Source: Octopus sinensis
Lineage: Eukaryota
DNA: 64,000 nucleotides
Assembly (NCBI RefSeq): GCF_006345805.1
Contig: NC_043011.1
Coordinates: 42,544,464-42,608,463, forward strand
Direction of reading: 5' to 3'
Under the pieces are notes generated by a model that worked only from the letters and a program-made list of their open reading frames with translations, did no database searches and was not told the DNA's origin. Below, piece after piece: positions 39,921 to 50,690 of the stretch; the stretch's first letter is position 1; the number at the start of each line of letters is the position of its first letter. Both the position numbers and the translations under genes were made by a program.

Positions 39921-41092
39921 GTAAGTGATGTTTTATGTTTATATACCTTTTCTTTCCCACTTTCTAATGCTTAATTTCATTGCCATGAAATGTTCACAAA
40001 TCTGACAACTCAATGGTCGCTCATATGTGAAGAAAATTCCTTGGAGGGGAAAAGAAAAGGCAGGAGTCTTTCAGTTGACCGCTTTTGGAAAAATATGTCA
40101 TGTTTACAGTAACACTTATTCACTGAAGACTTTTTCTGCGGCCAAATTAGGAATGAGTAATTTCTGAGAGCTGCTGTCATCATCATCATCATCATCATCA
40201 CCGTTATCCTTGTTTTAATGTACACATTTTTTCTGTGTTTGCATGGGTCAGACATTATGCTTTTGAAGTGAATTCTCTACAGCTGGATGCCCTCTTTGTC
40301 ATCAACCCTCACCTATTTCCATGTAATTACAATATTTTATGTTTGTCAAAAAGATAGCAGAAAGAAATCCCATTCTTTCAGGTTTTCAGAGTGGGATGGC
40401 ACCTTATTTTCTTCCTGAGCTTCTTTCTTTTTTCTGTACTAGAAGCCATTGTTTAAACCAGAGTACTCACAAACACAACTAGTTAGCCATTTTGAAAAAA
40501 AGCACATGGTCTTGCACTATCCCATAATGCAACAAATATGGTGAACTAGTGCCCAAGCTCACAAAACAAAGAGAGAAAACTGGTGTCTCATTTAGAGCTA
40601 GAATGAATGAAAAGATGTATCAAAAAGCAAGTTCTACGTCTGTAAACAATGTTCAAGTAATTTTCAGACTTGCAAAATTTGGCATTCAAGACAAGAATGT
40701 TTAATTTTTAAGAAAAATTAATTTTTTTTATCAACCCTTCATTTTATTGTTTACGTTGATTTCTATGTTAAAACTGTGTTGTGTTTACGCTCTTATATTG
40801 TGCTAAATTATAGTTAAATAGCGACTAATTAGACATTGTTAAACAGTGTTGTTGGCAGGATTAGTTGTTCAGGCAAGTACTTTTTTTTTTTTAACTATAT
40901 ATGTTTATTGAAACATTTAGTGGAGAGAGAGAGAGAGAGAGAGAGAAAAGTGTTTAATGTTCAAGTACTTTTCAGACTTCCAAAATGTTGGTATTCAAGA
41001 GAAAAAAATGCAGTAAACTGTGTTGTCAAGATTGCACTGCCAAGACTGTTTTTTTTTTTTTTCTTTTACTTATCTTCAGATTTACAATTACT

Positions 41093-41329
41093 TGTACCTA
41101 TTTCTTTACAACCCACAAGGGGCTAAACACAGAGAGGACAAACAAGGACAGACAAACGGATTAAATCGATTACATCGACCCCAGTGCGTAACTGGTACTT
41201 AATTTATTGACCCCGAAAGGATGAAAGGCAAAGTCGACCTCGGCGGAATTTGAACTCAGAATGTAGCGGCAGACGAAATACCGCTAAGCATTTCACCCGG
41301 CGTGCTAACGATTCGGCCAGCTCACCTCC
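41093..41329 (-). mobile_element. SINE family B, 10-bp TSD
   Basis: TACAATTACT at 41083-41092 and 41330-41339. Confidence 0.9.
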
Positions 41330-42207
41330 TACAATTACTCATACCACTGTTTAAATGAACTCATCATGAGCTTTCATTTGAATGGTCACTCTTTGGGTTT
41401 TGGTTTACTGGTTAAAAGTTTGGAATTAGTCACCATTAAAACTGTAGAGTTTTCTGACAGCCAGATATATACTAAATTGGGCTTTTGTTTGATCAATCCA
41501 CTTGTTTCAATCTATAATATACACATAATATATACATATTTATACAAATATTGTAGTTTCAAAAGGATTGTCCTGCAGGTTCAGAAAGTCACATCGGGAT
41601 TATTTTCATTGGACTTTAATGCACTTTTAAGTGTTTATGGTCTGCAAATCTCTCTTGAAGGTTTAGATTTGCATCAAAATGAAATATGTCATTGAAACTA
41701 CTATAGCTATTATTCCCACTTTAGATAAGACCTGTTGGACTTCACACTTTTTCTGCAACAGACTTTCCCTCTGCAACAAAAAAATACTTATTTACCTTGG
41801 ACAGAAGAAAAAAACATCTGGCCATTTTGAAAACAATGAGCGGCTCTGGCCTAAACACAGAGATTCTGAAATGCAAGTTCTGAATTGGGCATCTGTGTGA
41901 GAACTAACAAGACATAAAGGCCTTAAAATGTTGAGGAGGGGAAAATCATTTATTGGACAAGTAACGGTGCTGTTTCTCTGAAGCAGATTTAGGTTTTCAA
42001 TATTTACTGAATATTTGTTCCCTTGAGGAGTCCATGTTTCAGTACTTTTCAAAAAAAAAAAAAAGAAAAAAAGCAAAACATTTTCCCCTCTGCAATGACC
42101 AAAATTATGATAATTTATGCATAAGCAACAGTAGACCGAGAATCATTTTCCCCGTTTTCACAAACTATGACTATTATGCAAAAAATTAAGAAATTTTTTC
42201 CAAATAT

Positions 42208-42625
42208 AGGCGCAGGAGTGGCTGTGTGGTAAGTAGCTTGCTAACCAACCACATGGTTCTGGGTTCAGTCCCACTGCGTGGCATCTAGGGCAAGTGTCTT
42301 CTGCTATAGCCCCGGGCCGACCAATGCCTTGTGAGTGGATTTGGTAGATGGAAACTGAAAGAAGCCTGACGTATATATGTATATGTATATATATGTGTGT
42401 GTGTGTGTGTGTGTTTGTGTGTCTGTGTTTGTTCCCCTTGCATTGCTTGACAACCGATGCTGGTGTGTTTACGTCCCTGTCACTTAGCGGTTCGGCAAAA
42501 GAGACCGATAGAATAAGTACTGGGCTTACAAAGAATAAGTCCCGGGGTCGATTTGCTCGACTAAAGGCGGTGCTCCAGCATGGCCACAGTCACATGACTG
42601 AAACAAGTAAAAGAGTAAAAGAGTA
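42208..42625 (+). mobile_element. SINE family A
   Basis: Same head, body and tail as 14916-15332. Confidence 0.9.
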
Positions 42626-43119
42626 TACAAACTTTATTTTTGGTTTTTGTATGAACAAAATACTGTGGAATGACCTGCTGTCGATATCTTTAGCCAAACT
42701 GCTAAGTTACAAGGACATCAACACACAAACACTGGTTATCAAGTAGAGGTGGGGAACTAACAGATACAAAGACACACAAACACACACGCACATATATATA
42801 TGATGAGCTTGTTTCAGTTTCTATCTACCAGATCCACTCACAAGACTTTGGTTGGCCTGAGGCTATAGTAGAAGATACCGGCTCAAGGTGCCGTGCAGTG
42901 GGACTGAATCCCAAAAATTATTACAACTTCATACATTTAGTCGTAAGGTTCTTTTTTCTTTTTTTTTTGTGGCGTCAACAGCGGAAATAGTGGGCAAATG
43001 TTGAGGAGTGACAAAAACAAACATTCCGCAAGCAGCAGATGTGAATATGAATGTAAAGGTACAAAAAGAAATATACAAAGTAGGCTGTATGGCTCTGAGA
43101 CTAGACAAGGCACACAAGC

Positions 43120-43159
<40 letters not shown>

Positions 43160-43178
43160 GCACACACACATACACACG

Positions 43179-43210
<32 letters not shown>

Positions 43211-44241
43211 TACACTAGAGAGAGTGGGCGTCTGTTGTTAAGGACTTGATTAAATCAGTTGAATTGATTTGCATAAGTAACACCTTTTATCACATTCCTT
43301 GATAGTTAGTTTGATTATTGAATTACTAATTCATTAATAAAACTTAGTAAGGTAATAACTGTGATTTATGAATTGAATTTAGATCAAGTCTGTTGCCCAT
43401 TTCTGAATTGATATTTCAGCAATGCTTCATTTCATATTTGTGTTCGAGAAAATACATCATGAATATTTATAAGAATTTCTTAAATCAGTAATGAATTCCT
43501 AGTTGCTCTTGTTGCTGCTGTCTAACCTCAGGTCAGCTTTGATTGAGCGGCCCTATGATCAAAGTCGTTCTGTTCATGACAATCGTGCCTTGTTTTCAGA
43601 CATACATAATCTCAGACTATCTGAAAGAATGACAGGATCAAATAGGAGATATGATAGGGTATCTTCTGTCTATGAAATGAATTGTAAAGTGGGCACAAAG
43701 ATAGTGCAATGTGCCAAGAAACTTTAACTCTTTTGTTATCGTATTTCTATTGAAACACTTGGGTTTTGTTTTCAATTAGTTTCCAAAATAATTAATAACT
43801 TTGCCATTATCAACTCTTTGGCATTTAAACTGGTCATATATCCAGCTCCTAAATTCTACCCGTTTTATGTTTAAACTGGCTAGATCCAGCCTCTCGCATA
43901 TCCTACAATGTCATTCTATATGGGTAGATCTCACTTTGCTGAAACTCTGAGACCAAAACATATCCTAAATTGCCATTTGTTGTCATTATCACCGTCTTCA
44001 TTGTTTTAATGTCCACTTTTCCATGCTTTCATGAGTTGGACAGAATTTGTTGAGGTGAAATTTCTACAGCTGATGCCCTTCCTGATGCTAACCCGCTCCT
44101 GCTACTTCCAAGTAAGGTAATATTTCCTCATGACTAGACCTGTTTTCACAGAGGATTGGAAACAAAGGACAGTATTTGCATGACTATGACACACATTTAC
44201 AATTATCATGCAATGTCAAGGAAAAGCGACAGTAACACACA

Positions 44242-44273
<32 letters not shown>

Positions 44274-44603
44274 TATATGCACATACACAAACACATGACA
44301 GGCTTCTTTCAGTTTCTGTCTACCAAATCCACTCACAAGGCTTTGGTTGGTTTTAGACTCAATAGGAAATGTTTGCTCAAGTTGTCACACAGTGGGACTG
44401 AACCCAGAACCATATGGTTGGGAAGCAAACTTTCTACCACACAGCCACATCTGCATATTCTATATTTAAATTAATTTTAATTCAGGTGTTGTGTTTCTTG
44501 CTGTTTTTTTTTTTGTTTTGTTTTGACTATATCATCATAAGATCATTTCTTTTTCACTACAGATACAGTGACTCATCACTATATTAAATAAGTTAACGTT
44601 AAT

Positions 44604-45006
44604 AGGCGTAGGAGTGGCTGTGTGGTAAGTAGTTTGCTTACGAACCACATGGTTCCGGCTTCAGTCCCACTGTGTGGCACCTTGGGTAAGTGTCTTCTAC
44701 TATAGCCTCAGGCTGAACAAAGCCTTGTGAGTGAATTTGGTAGACGGAAACTGAAAGAAGCCCCTCATTTATATGTATATATATATATATGTATGTGCGT
44801 GTTTGTGTGTCTGTGTTTGTTCCCTCCAACATCACTTGACAACCGATGCTGGTGTGTTTACGTCCCCGTAACTTAGCGGTTCGGCAAAAAAGAGACCGAT
44901 AAAATAAGTACTAGGTTTACAAAGAATAAGTCCTGGGGTCAATTTGATCGACTAAAGGTGGTGCTCCAGCATGGCCGCAGTCACATGACTGAAACGAGTA
45001 AAAGAG
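44604..45006 (+). mobile_element. SINE family A
   Basis: Same family. Short flanking duplication AGTTAAC. Confidence 0.88.
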
Positions 45007-45093
45007 TTAACTTTATTAGTTTATTTAATAGTGCTGGTGCACTATAAATGCATCCATCACACTCTGTAAAGTGGTCGGTGATATGAAGGGTGT

Positions 45094-45326
45094 AAGGCGG
45101 CGAGCTGGCAGAAACGTTAGCAAGCTGGGCGAAATGCGTAACCGTATTTCGTCTGTCGTTGCGTTCCGAGTTCAAATTCCGCCGAGGTAGACTTTGCCTT
45201 TCATCCTTTCGGGGTCGATAAATTAAGTACCAGTTACGCACTGGGGTCGATGTAATTGACTTAATCCGTGTGTCTATCCTTGTTTGTCCCCTCTATGTTT
45301 AACCCCTTGTGGGTAGTAAAGAAATA
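45094..45326 (+). mobile_element. SINE family B, full length, 14-bp TSD
   Basis: GATATGAAGGGTGT at 45080-45093 and 45327-45340. Confidence 0.92.
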
Positions 45327-46635
45327 GATATGAAGGGTGTCCAACCACAAAACCATGCTTACAATGAAACGTACAAACATCAGCCTATGAGGGCAATGAT
45401 CTTCCAGTAAGAAGCAATCTCAGACTGGAATGACCTGTCCAACGCATGCCAGCATGAAAAGAGCAGACATGAAATGGTGATATTGATTGCATATCAGTGG
45501 TGTTCCTGCATAAATACAAGACATGCAATATATGCCTAAATATGTTGGCCATGCATCGTACTTATATTTCAACTCAACATATATTCAAAGATATTGCGCA
45601 ACAAATATGCAAATAATAAATCAGGTTTTGATATAAATTTTTCGTTTTTATAAGAAACATCTGGAAAGTGGGTATGTACATGCTTTATGTGCTATGGCTT
45701 CGATTTTTTTAATATTATATATGCATGCATATATATATATATATATATTTATGTATGTATATATGTGTGTGTTTGCATATATACAGAGCTGGGCATAAGT
45801 CTGTTAATCCGTTAATTGTTAATTAATGAAATTAACATTTTCGTTAATGATTTAAGTTAACTTTGAAAGTCATTATAGAACTAATTAACTTCCATTTCAT
45901 TTAGCGCCTGTTAACTCAAGTCTGTTAACCCGAAATTTTCAGGAAACATTTAAAAAGTTTCCATTGTTTTCAGATTGTCTTAGCATATTTAATATTGTAT
46001 GTGTTGTTCTTTCAACCCTGATATAACGCCACTTATTATAAATAACTTGTAGGGCCACGTTTGGCCCTGCCTGCATTTGAAACCGAATCCACCCAATTGT
46101 TTCTTGCCGAGACAGCGGGGAAATTTCTTTGTTCTGTCAAGAGGGAACAGTGATTGATGTGTTTTCAATTGATCCGTGACCTTGCTGAGGTGGATGTCAA
46201 CAGAGAAAATATTAACTGTCACAAAGTGCAAAAGATAAATGGAAGGGTAAAAGTTGATAAATATTTCGATATGAACACAAATAGCTGTTACGTGGTAGCA
46301 GGGGATGCTAGAAATAGCAGCCAAGTCTTTCCTTTTTCTGGAAAAAGTAACTGTTTACACGTGATTTTGATGTCAATTTCATTGAAAGCATGCAAAATGA
46401 CTTGGAAAAGAAAAGAAGACCTGCAAAACAAAACTCCCTTGGTGAGAAACTTCGAGGTCCCCACCACCCCTCTCACTTTTCTTTTCCGAAAAAATGTGAC
46501 TTGTGGTAGGTTTGGAGGTCAATACGTTGAATGCACCTGAAAAAAGCTGAAAAAATTATTCCCCACAGAGGTACAAAATATTTACCGAAAGAATAAAATC
46601 TTGTTCCTATTATACCTGTATTTTAATTAATTAAT

Positions 46636-47030
46636 AGGTATAGGAGTGGCTATGTGGTAAGTAGCTTGCTTATGAACCACATAGTTCCGGGTTCAGTCCT
46701 ACTGTGTAGTACCTTGGGCAAGTGTCTTCTACTATAGCCTCGGACCGACCAAAGCCTTGTTAGTGGATTTGTTTTATGGAAACTGAAAGAAGCCTGTCGT
46801 ATATGTGTGTGCGTATACGTTTGTGTGTCTGTGTTGTCCCCCCCAACATCGTTTGACAACTAATGCTGGTGCGTTTACGTCCCTGTAACTTAGCGGTTCA
46901 GCAAAGGAACCGATAGAAAAAGTACTAGGCTTACAAAGAATAAGTCCTAGGGTCAATTTGCTCGATTGAAGGCGGTGCTCCAGCATGGCCACAGTCAAAT
47001 GACTGAAACAAGTAAAAGAGTAAAAAGAGA
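46636..47030 (+). mobile_element. SINE family A nested in the hAT-like element
   Basis: Same family. Older partial copies also occur at about 7050-7170, 11105-11235, 34280-34690, 35250-35690, 42660-42910, 44300-44450, 54010-54150 and 60480-60580. Confidence 0.88.
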
Positions 47031-47674
47031 ATACCTCTTCTTGAAAATTTCAATTTTAGTGTTTATCCATAATATTATTGCTTTTACACCTGTTAATTAA
47101 ATTTACCTGCCCATAAAAGTCAAATTTACTCAGCAAGATCAGTAAAAATTACATAACTGTAAACCAGTGGTATATAAAGCACCCACTGACAAAATTTCAA
47201 ATCTGTATGTAAAAGAATTTACAAAGTTACAAACAAATATTGTGGATACTTCAGTTGAACCCGAATAATTAAAATAATGTGAACAAATAAGCATTACATT
47301 TCACTGATTAATATGAACACTAAAGATATTTTCTTTCTTACACACACACACGCATAACATGTCGTCTCTTGGGTTGGACTAAAAGTGTGTTACTTTGATA
47401 TCATCATTCCATAAAGGTTGTTTTATGGTGGGAAAAATATTGAAAAAATATCAATAGATGTGTGAGTGAGAAAGAAACAAGGAAAGAGGTTTTCAGAGGT
47501 GCTAGAAACAAACAGCCGGATCTCCCTTAAATCACACATTTTCTTCTGAGATTATTAACGATTTTTTTCCTTAAACTGAAAATGTTTCTCTCACAAGTTT
47601 TAAGTGCATAGTAAATAAAAAAAAAAAAAAAAGGCCCAGATCGTTTCAGACTGTGGTGGTGAGAGGGTGTATAA

Positions 47675-47922
47675 AATTGCATTAAAAAATACATATTTTC
47701 CAGAAAGTTATGAGGAGGAAATATCAGGTCCTGTGAATTGCATTAAAAAATACCTATTTTCCAGAAAGTTATGAGGAGGAAATATCAGGTCCTGTGAATT
47801 GCATTAAAAAATACCTATTTTCCAGAAAGTTATGAGGAGGAAATATCAGGTCCTGTGAATTGCATTAAAAAATACCTATTTTCCAGAAAGTTATGAGGAG
47901 GAAATATCAGGTCCTGTGAATT
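47675..47922. repeat. 61-bp tandem repeat, 4 near-perfect copies
   Basis: Unit AATTGCATTAAAAAATACCTATTTTCCAGAAAGTTATGAGGAGGAAATATCAGGTCCTGTG, with one substitution in copy 1. Confidence 0.95.
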
Positions 47923-48320
47923 TTCCGAAACTTCTCTCTGCAACCCCTTGGAAAATTTTTTTCCCAACAAACCTGTAGATACACTCAATTTACAGGATAT
48001 AATTATTATTATTTGGTGAAAGTTTCATTAAAAAGTATCCATTTTTCTGGAAGTTATGAGGCAACAAGGGCGGTGGGGAGTTAAACTGTAGTTTATGCCT
48101 TTCTTCAATCAAAATTAACGTTAACTTCTGTTACATTTTCAAAGAATTAACGATCAATGAAGTTAACTTTTTGGGTAACACATTAACAATTAACAAAGTT
48201 TACTTTTCTATTAATGGTGCCCACCTTTGCATATGTGTGTGTGTCGCCATGTTGATTCGCTAGCTTCTGCACGCATTTTTTTTTCTCTCCTTGTTTCTCT
48301 CCGTGTTTCTTTTCTGTGTA

Positions 48321-48358
48321 TCTTTCTGTTGAAGAGCGTAGGCTCGAAACGTAAAAGA
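48321..48358 (+). ncRNA. Minimal type I hammerhead-ribozyme-like motif
   Basis: TCTTT / CTGTTGAA / GAGC-GTAG-GCTC / GAAA / C-GTA / AAAGA. Stem I 5 bp, stem II 4 bp, palindromic ACGT stem III, GUA triplet. The first core strand deviates from CUGANGA. Confidence 0.45.
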
Positions 48359-48455
48359 CTTGTTTTATTAATATTCCTGAGCGCCATACTAATACAATTG
48401 TTTGTTTGTATTCCACCTGCCTTCGTCTTTTGTTTATTTTCATAAAGCTTCCCGT

Positions 48456-48486
<31 letters not shown>

Positions 48487-48489
48487 CTT

Positions 48490-48895
48490 CATCATCATTT
48501 AATATCCACTGTCTAATCTGGCATGGGTTGGACAGTTTGACTGAGCTGGCGCACTGGAAGTCTGCACCAGACTCCAGTCTGATTTGGCATGGTTTTCTAT
48601 GGCTGGATGCCCTTCCTAATGCCAACCACTCCAAGAGCGTAATGGGTGCTTTTACATGCCATTTTCGAGCGTGGCCGTTGCCAGTACTGCCAGACTGGCC
48701 CTCGTGCCACTGGCACTTTAAAAGCACCCACTACACTCTCGGAGTGGTTGGCGTTAGGAAGGGCATCCAGCTGTAGAAACTCTGCCAGATCAGATTGGAG
48801 CCTGGCACAGCCATCTGGTTCACCAGTCTTCAGTCAAATCGTCCAACCCATGCTAGCATGGAAAGCGGTCGTTAAATGATGATGATGATGATATA
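48490..48895. mobile_element. Two RTE 3'-UTR fragments fused head-to-head (fold-back)
   Basis: (CAT)n at the left end and (GAT)n at the right end. About 48490-48660 is reverse-complementary to about 48720-48895. Confidence 0.85.
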
Positions 48896-48959
48896 TACAC
48901 GACTATAAGTAATGTTTACCACTACTTCGATATGGCTATTCCATAGAAACTGACATTAC

Positions 48960-49061
48960 TACCGTTCTTTTTTTTTTATCCCACGAGGAGCCTCCTTCAG
49001 CTGGTTATTGATTGCATCAACAACCATTTGGTGGAGGCTCCTCTTGGAGTTAAAAACGGTA
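48960..49061. mobile_element. About 100-bp MITE-like inverted repeat
   Basis: TACCGTT..GAGGAGCCTCC ... GGAGGCTCCTC..AAAAACGGTA. Confidence 0.65.
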
Positions 49062-49634
49062 ATAACATCGGTTCCTACAGAACAGCAATATTGAAGTTGT
49101 GATAAACTTCAATATGTATCCAACAGCCTGTCTTATAATGTGGTGCATTTGTGCGTTGCTGGGGGTTGGGTTAAAATGTCCACCACCCTTGTTTCTGTGT
49201 CCTCATTTAGTGCCGCTTCAATGTACAAATATTTCTTTATGTCTGAAGTTATTTTGTCTATATCAGATTGTGCTTCCACCTGCTCAAACCATAGCTGAAC
49301 CCTCTTCAGCCAGAATTGTGATAGCTTCACTGCTGTTGTGTGATCACTTGCCATGTTTCCTTGATTTTCTGTTTGCTTCGATAGCAAAAGCTGCTGTTCT
49401 TCTGTGGGGTCATCAGTTATAGCTTTAGTTAAGCTATACACAAAAACATTAACGGAGGCCCAGATTGTGTTAAAAGATTTATTTAGTTAAATACATTAGG
49501 GCGACAGCTGCCTACTTAGTGGAAGGCCTACTTAACTAGAAGTTCACTTTGCTACAGACTAACTCCCTAACTAGCCCACGGTGAAGTTCTTGTCTACAGT
49601 TCATCTGTCATAAATCTTTGGGCAGTGCCCTACA
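49062..49634 (-). mobile_element. Ty3/Gypsy relic: LTR, PBS-like site and gag N-terminus
   Basis: AVKLSQFWLKRVQLWFEQVEAQ..KITSDIKKYLYIEAAL..RVVDILTQPP resembles Gypsy gag. Minus strand starts TGTAGGG at 49634. CTGATGACCCCA at 49416-49405 resembles a TGGTGACCCC PBS. Confidence 0.75.
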
Positions 49635-49826
49635 TATATATTTATATACTGCAGGCTGCTAAACACCTTCTGTCAATCAATTCACTCTCAAGACATTAAT
49701 CAGGTAGTGGTTATAGATGAATACACTTGCACAAGGTGCTGTGCAGATAGCATATACTTTGCTTATTTTTGTTGGGTGTTAACCATTTGTTTGTTTGTTT
49801 ATTTATATATTTATTGTGTTTTTCAG

Positions 49827-50039
49827 AAAAATGCCAAGAGATGAATCTAATTTTGGAGAAGAAGCAGGAAGAATCTCAGAAAAAGTGCCGTGTCCTTGAG
49901 GAACGTAATTGTAAAATGCAAGAACTGAAGGCTGTTTACCGTGAAGTAAATTCCGAAGCCAATGACCTCATCCACAAGAAGGAACAAATGGAAAAAGACT
50001 TGATGTTAATGATGGAGAAAATACATCAAGAGAAGGATC
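49827..50039 (+). CDS. SPC25: SPC25 coding exon 3, coiled coil (EKCQEMNLILEKKQEESQKK...MEKIHQEKD)
   Basis: Acceptor ttgtgtttttcAG, 213 nt, donor C|GTAAGT, phase 1-1. E/K/Q-rich coiled-coil sequence inside track ORF 49769-50047. Confidence 0.88.
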
Positions 50040-50307
50040 GTAAGTAGATTGGCTAGTTCCTGCTTTGCTCCAAGTTGGTTCTGATAGAACAGACCTATGT
50101 TTGAAGGCATTCCTGCTATGACCATTCTGTCTATTTTCTGTTTTTCTTTTGTCCTGTAATGCAATGTATAACTAGGACTGTAATACTCAATGTATTTTCA
50201 CTTTTTTTAAGATGAATAAAGGGTGATATGAGGGAAGATTTGGCTATACTTTCTAACAGACCATGTGGGCCTTACTCTGAGTTTTCTCCCTCCATAACTT
50301 GCTAGAC

Positions 50308-50690
50308 CATCATCATCGTTTAACGTCCGTTTTCCATGCTAGCATGGGTTGGACGGTTCAACTGGGGTCAGGGAAGCCAGAAGGCTGCGCCAGGCCCAGT
50401 CTGATCTGGCAGTGTTTCTACAGCTGGATGCCCTTCCTAACGCCAACCACTCCTTGAGTGTAGTGGGTGCTTTTTACGTGCCACCTGCACAGGTGCCAGA
50501 TGAGGTTGGCAAACGGCCACGATCGAATGGTGCTTTTTTACGTGCCACCGGCACGGAGGCCAGTCGGGGCGGCCCTGGCAACAGCCACGTTCGGATGGTT
50601 CTCTCACGTGCCACTGGCACTGGTATCACAGCTACAATTTCCATTGATGTTGATCGATTTCGATTTTGATTTTCACTTGCCTCTACAGGT
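50308..50690 (-). mobile_element. RTE 3'-UTR fragment (family C), 270 bp downstream of SPC25 exon 3
   Basis: Nearly collinear with the copy at about 37395-37790. Confidence 0.88.

Larger units (their letters stand above)
45784..48229. mobile_element. Non-autonomous hAT-like element
   Basis: TIRs CAGAGCTGGGCA and TGCCCACCTTTG (10/12 match). Imperfect 8-bp TSD CATATATA/CATATGTG. TTAAC-rich subterminal arrays at both ends. Confidence 0.6.

Noticed and set aside
40380-42170. Possible decayed pogo/Tc1-type transposase and local imperfect duplications
   Set aside because: Only a vague motif resemblance. I could not define TIRs or a catalytic triad.
47675-47922. 61-bp, 42-bp and 22-bp arrays as CRISPR-like
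   Set aside because: Head-to-tail repeats without unique spacers, no cas genes, eukaryotic context.
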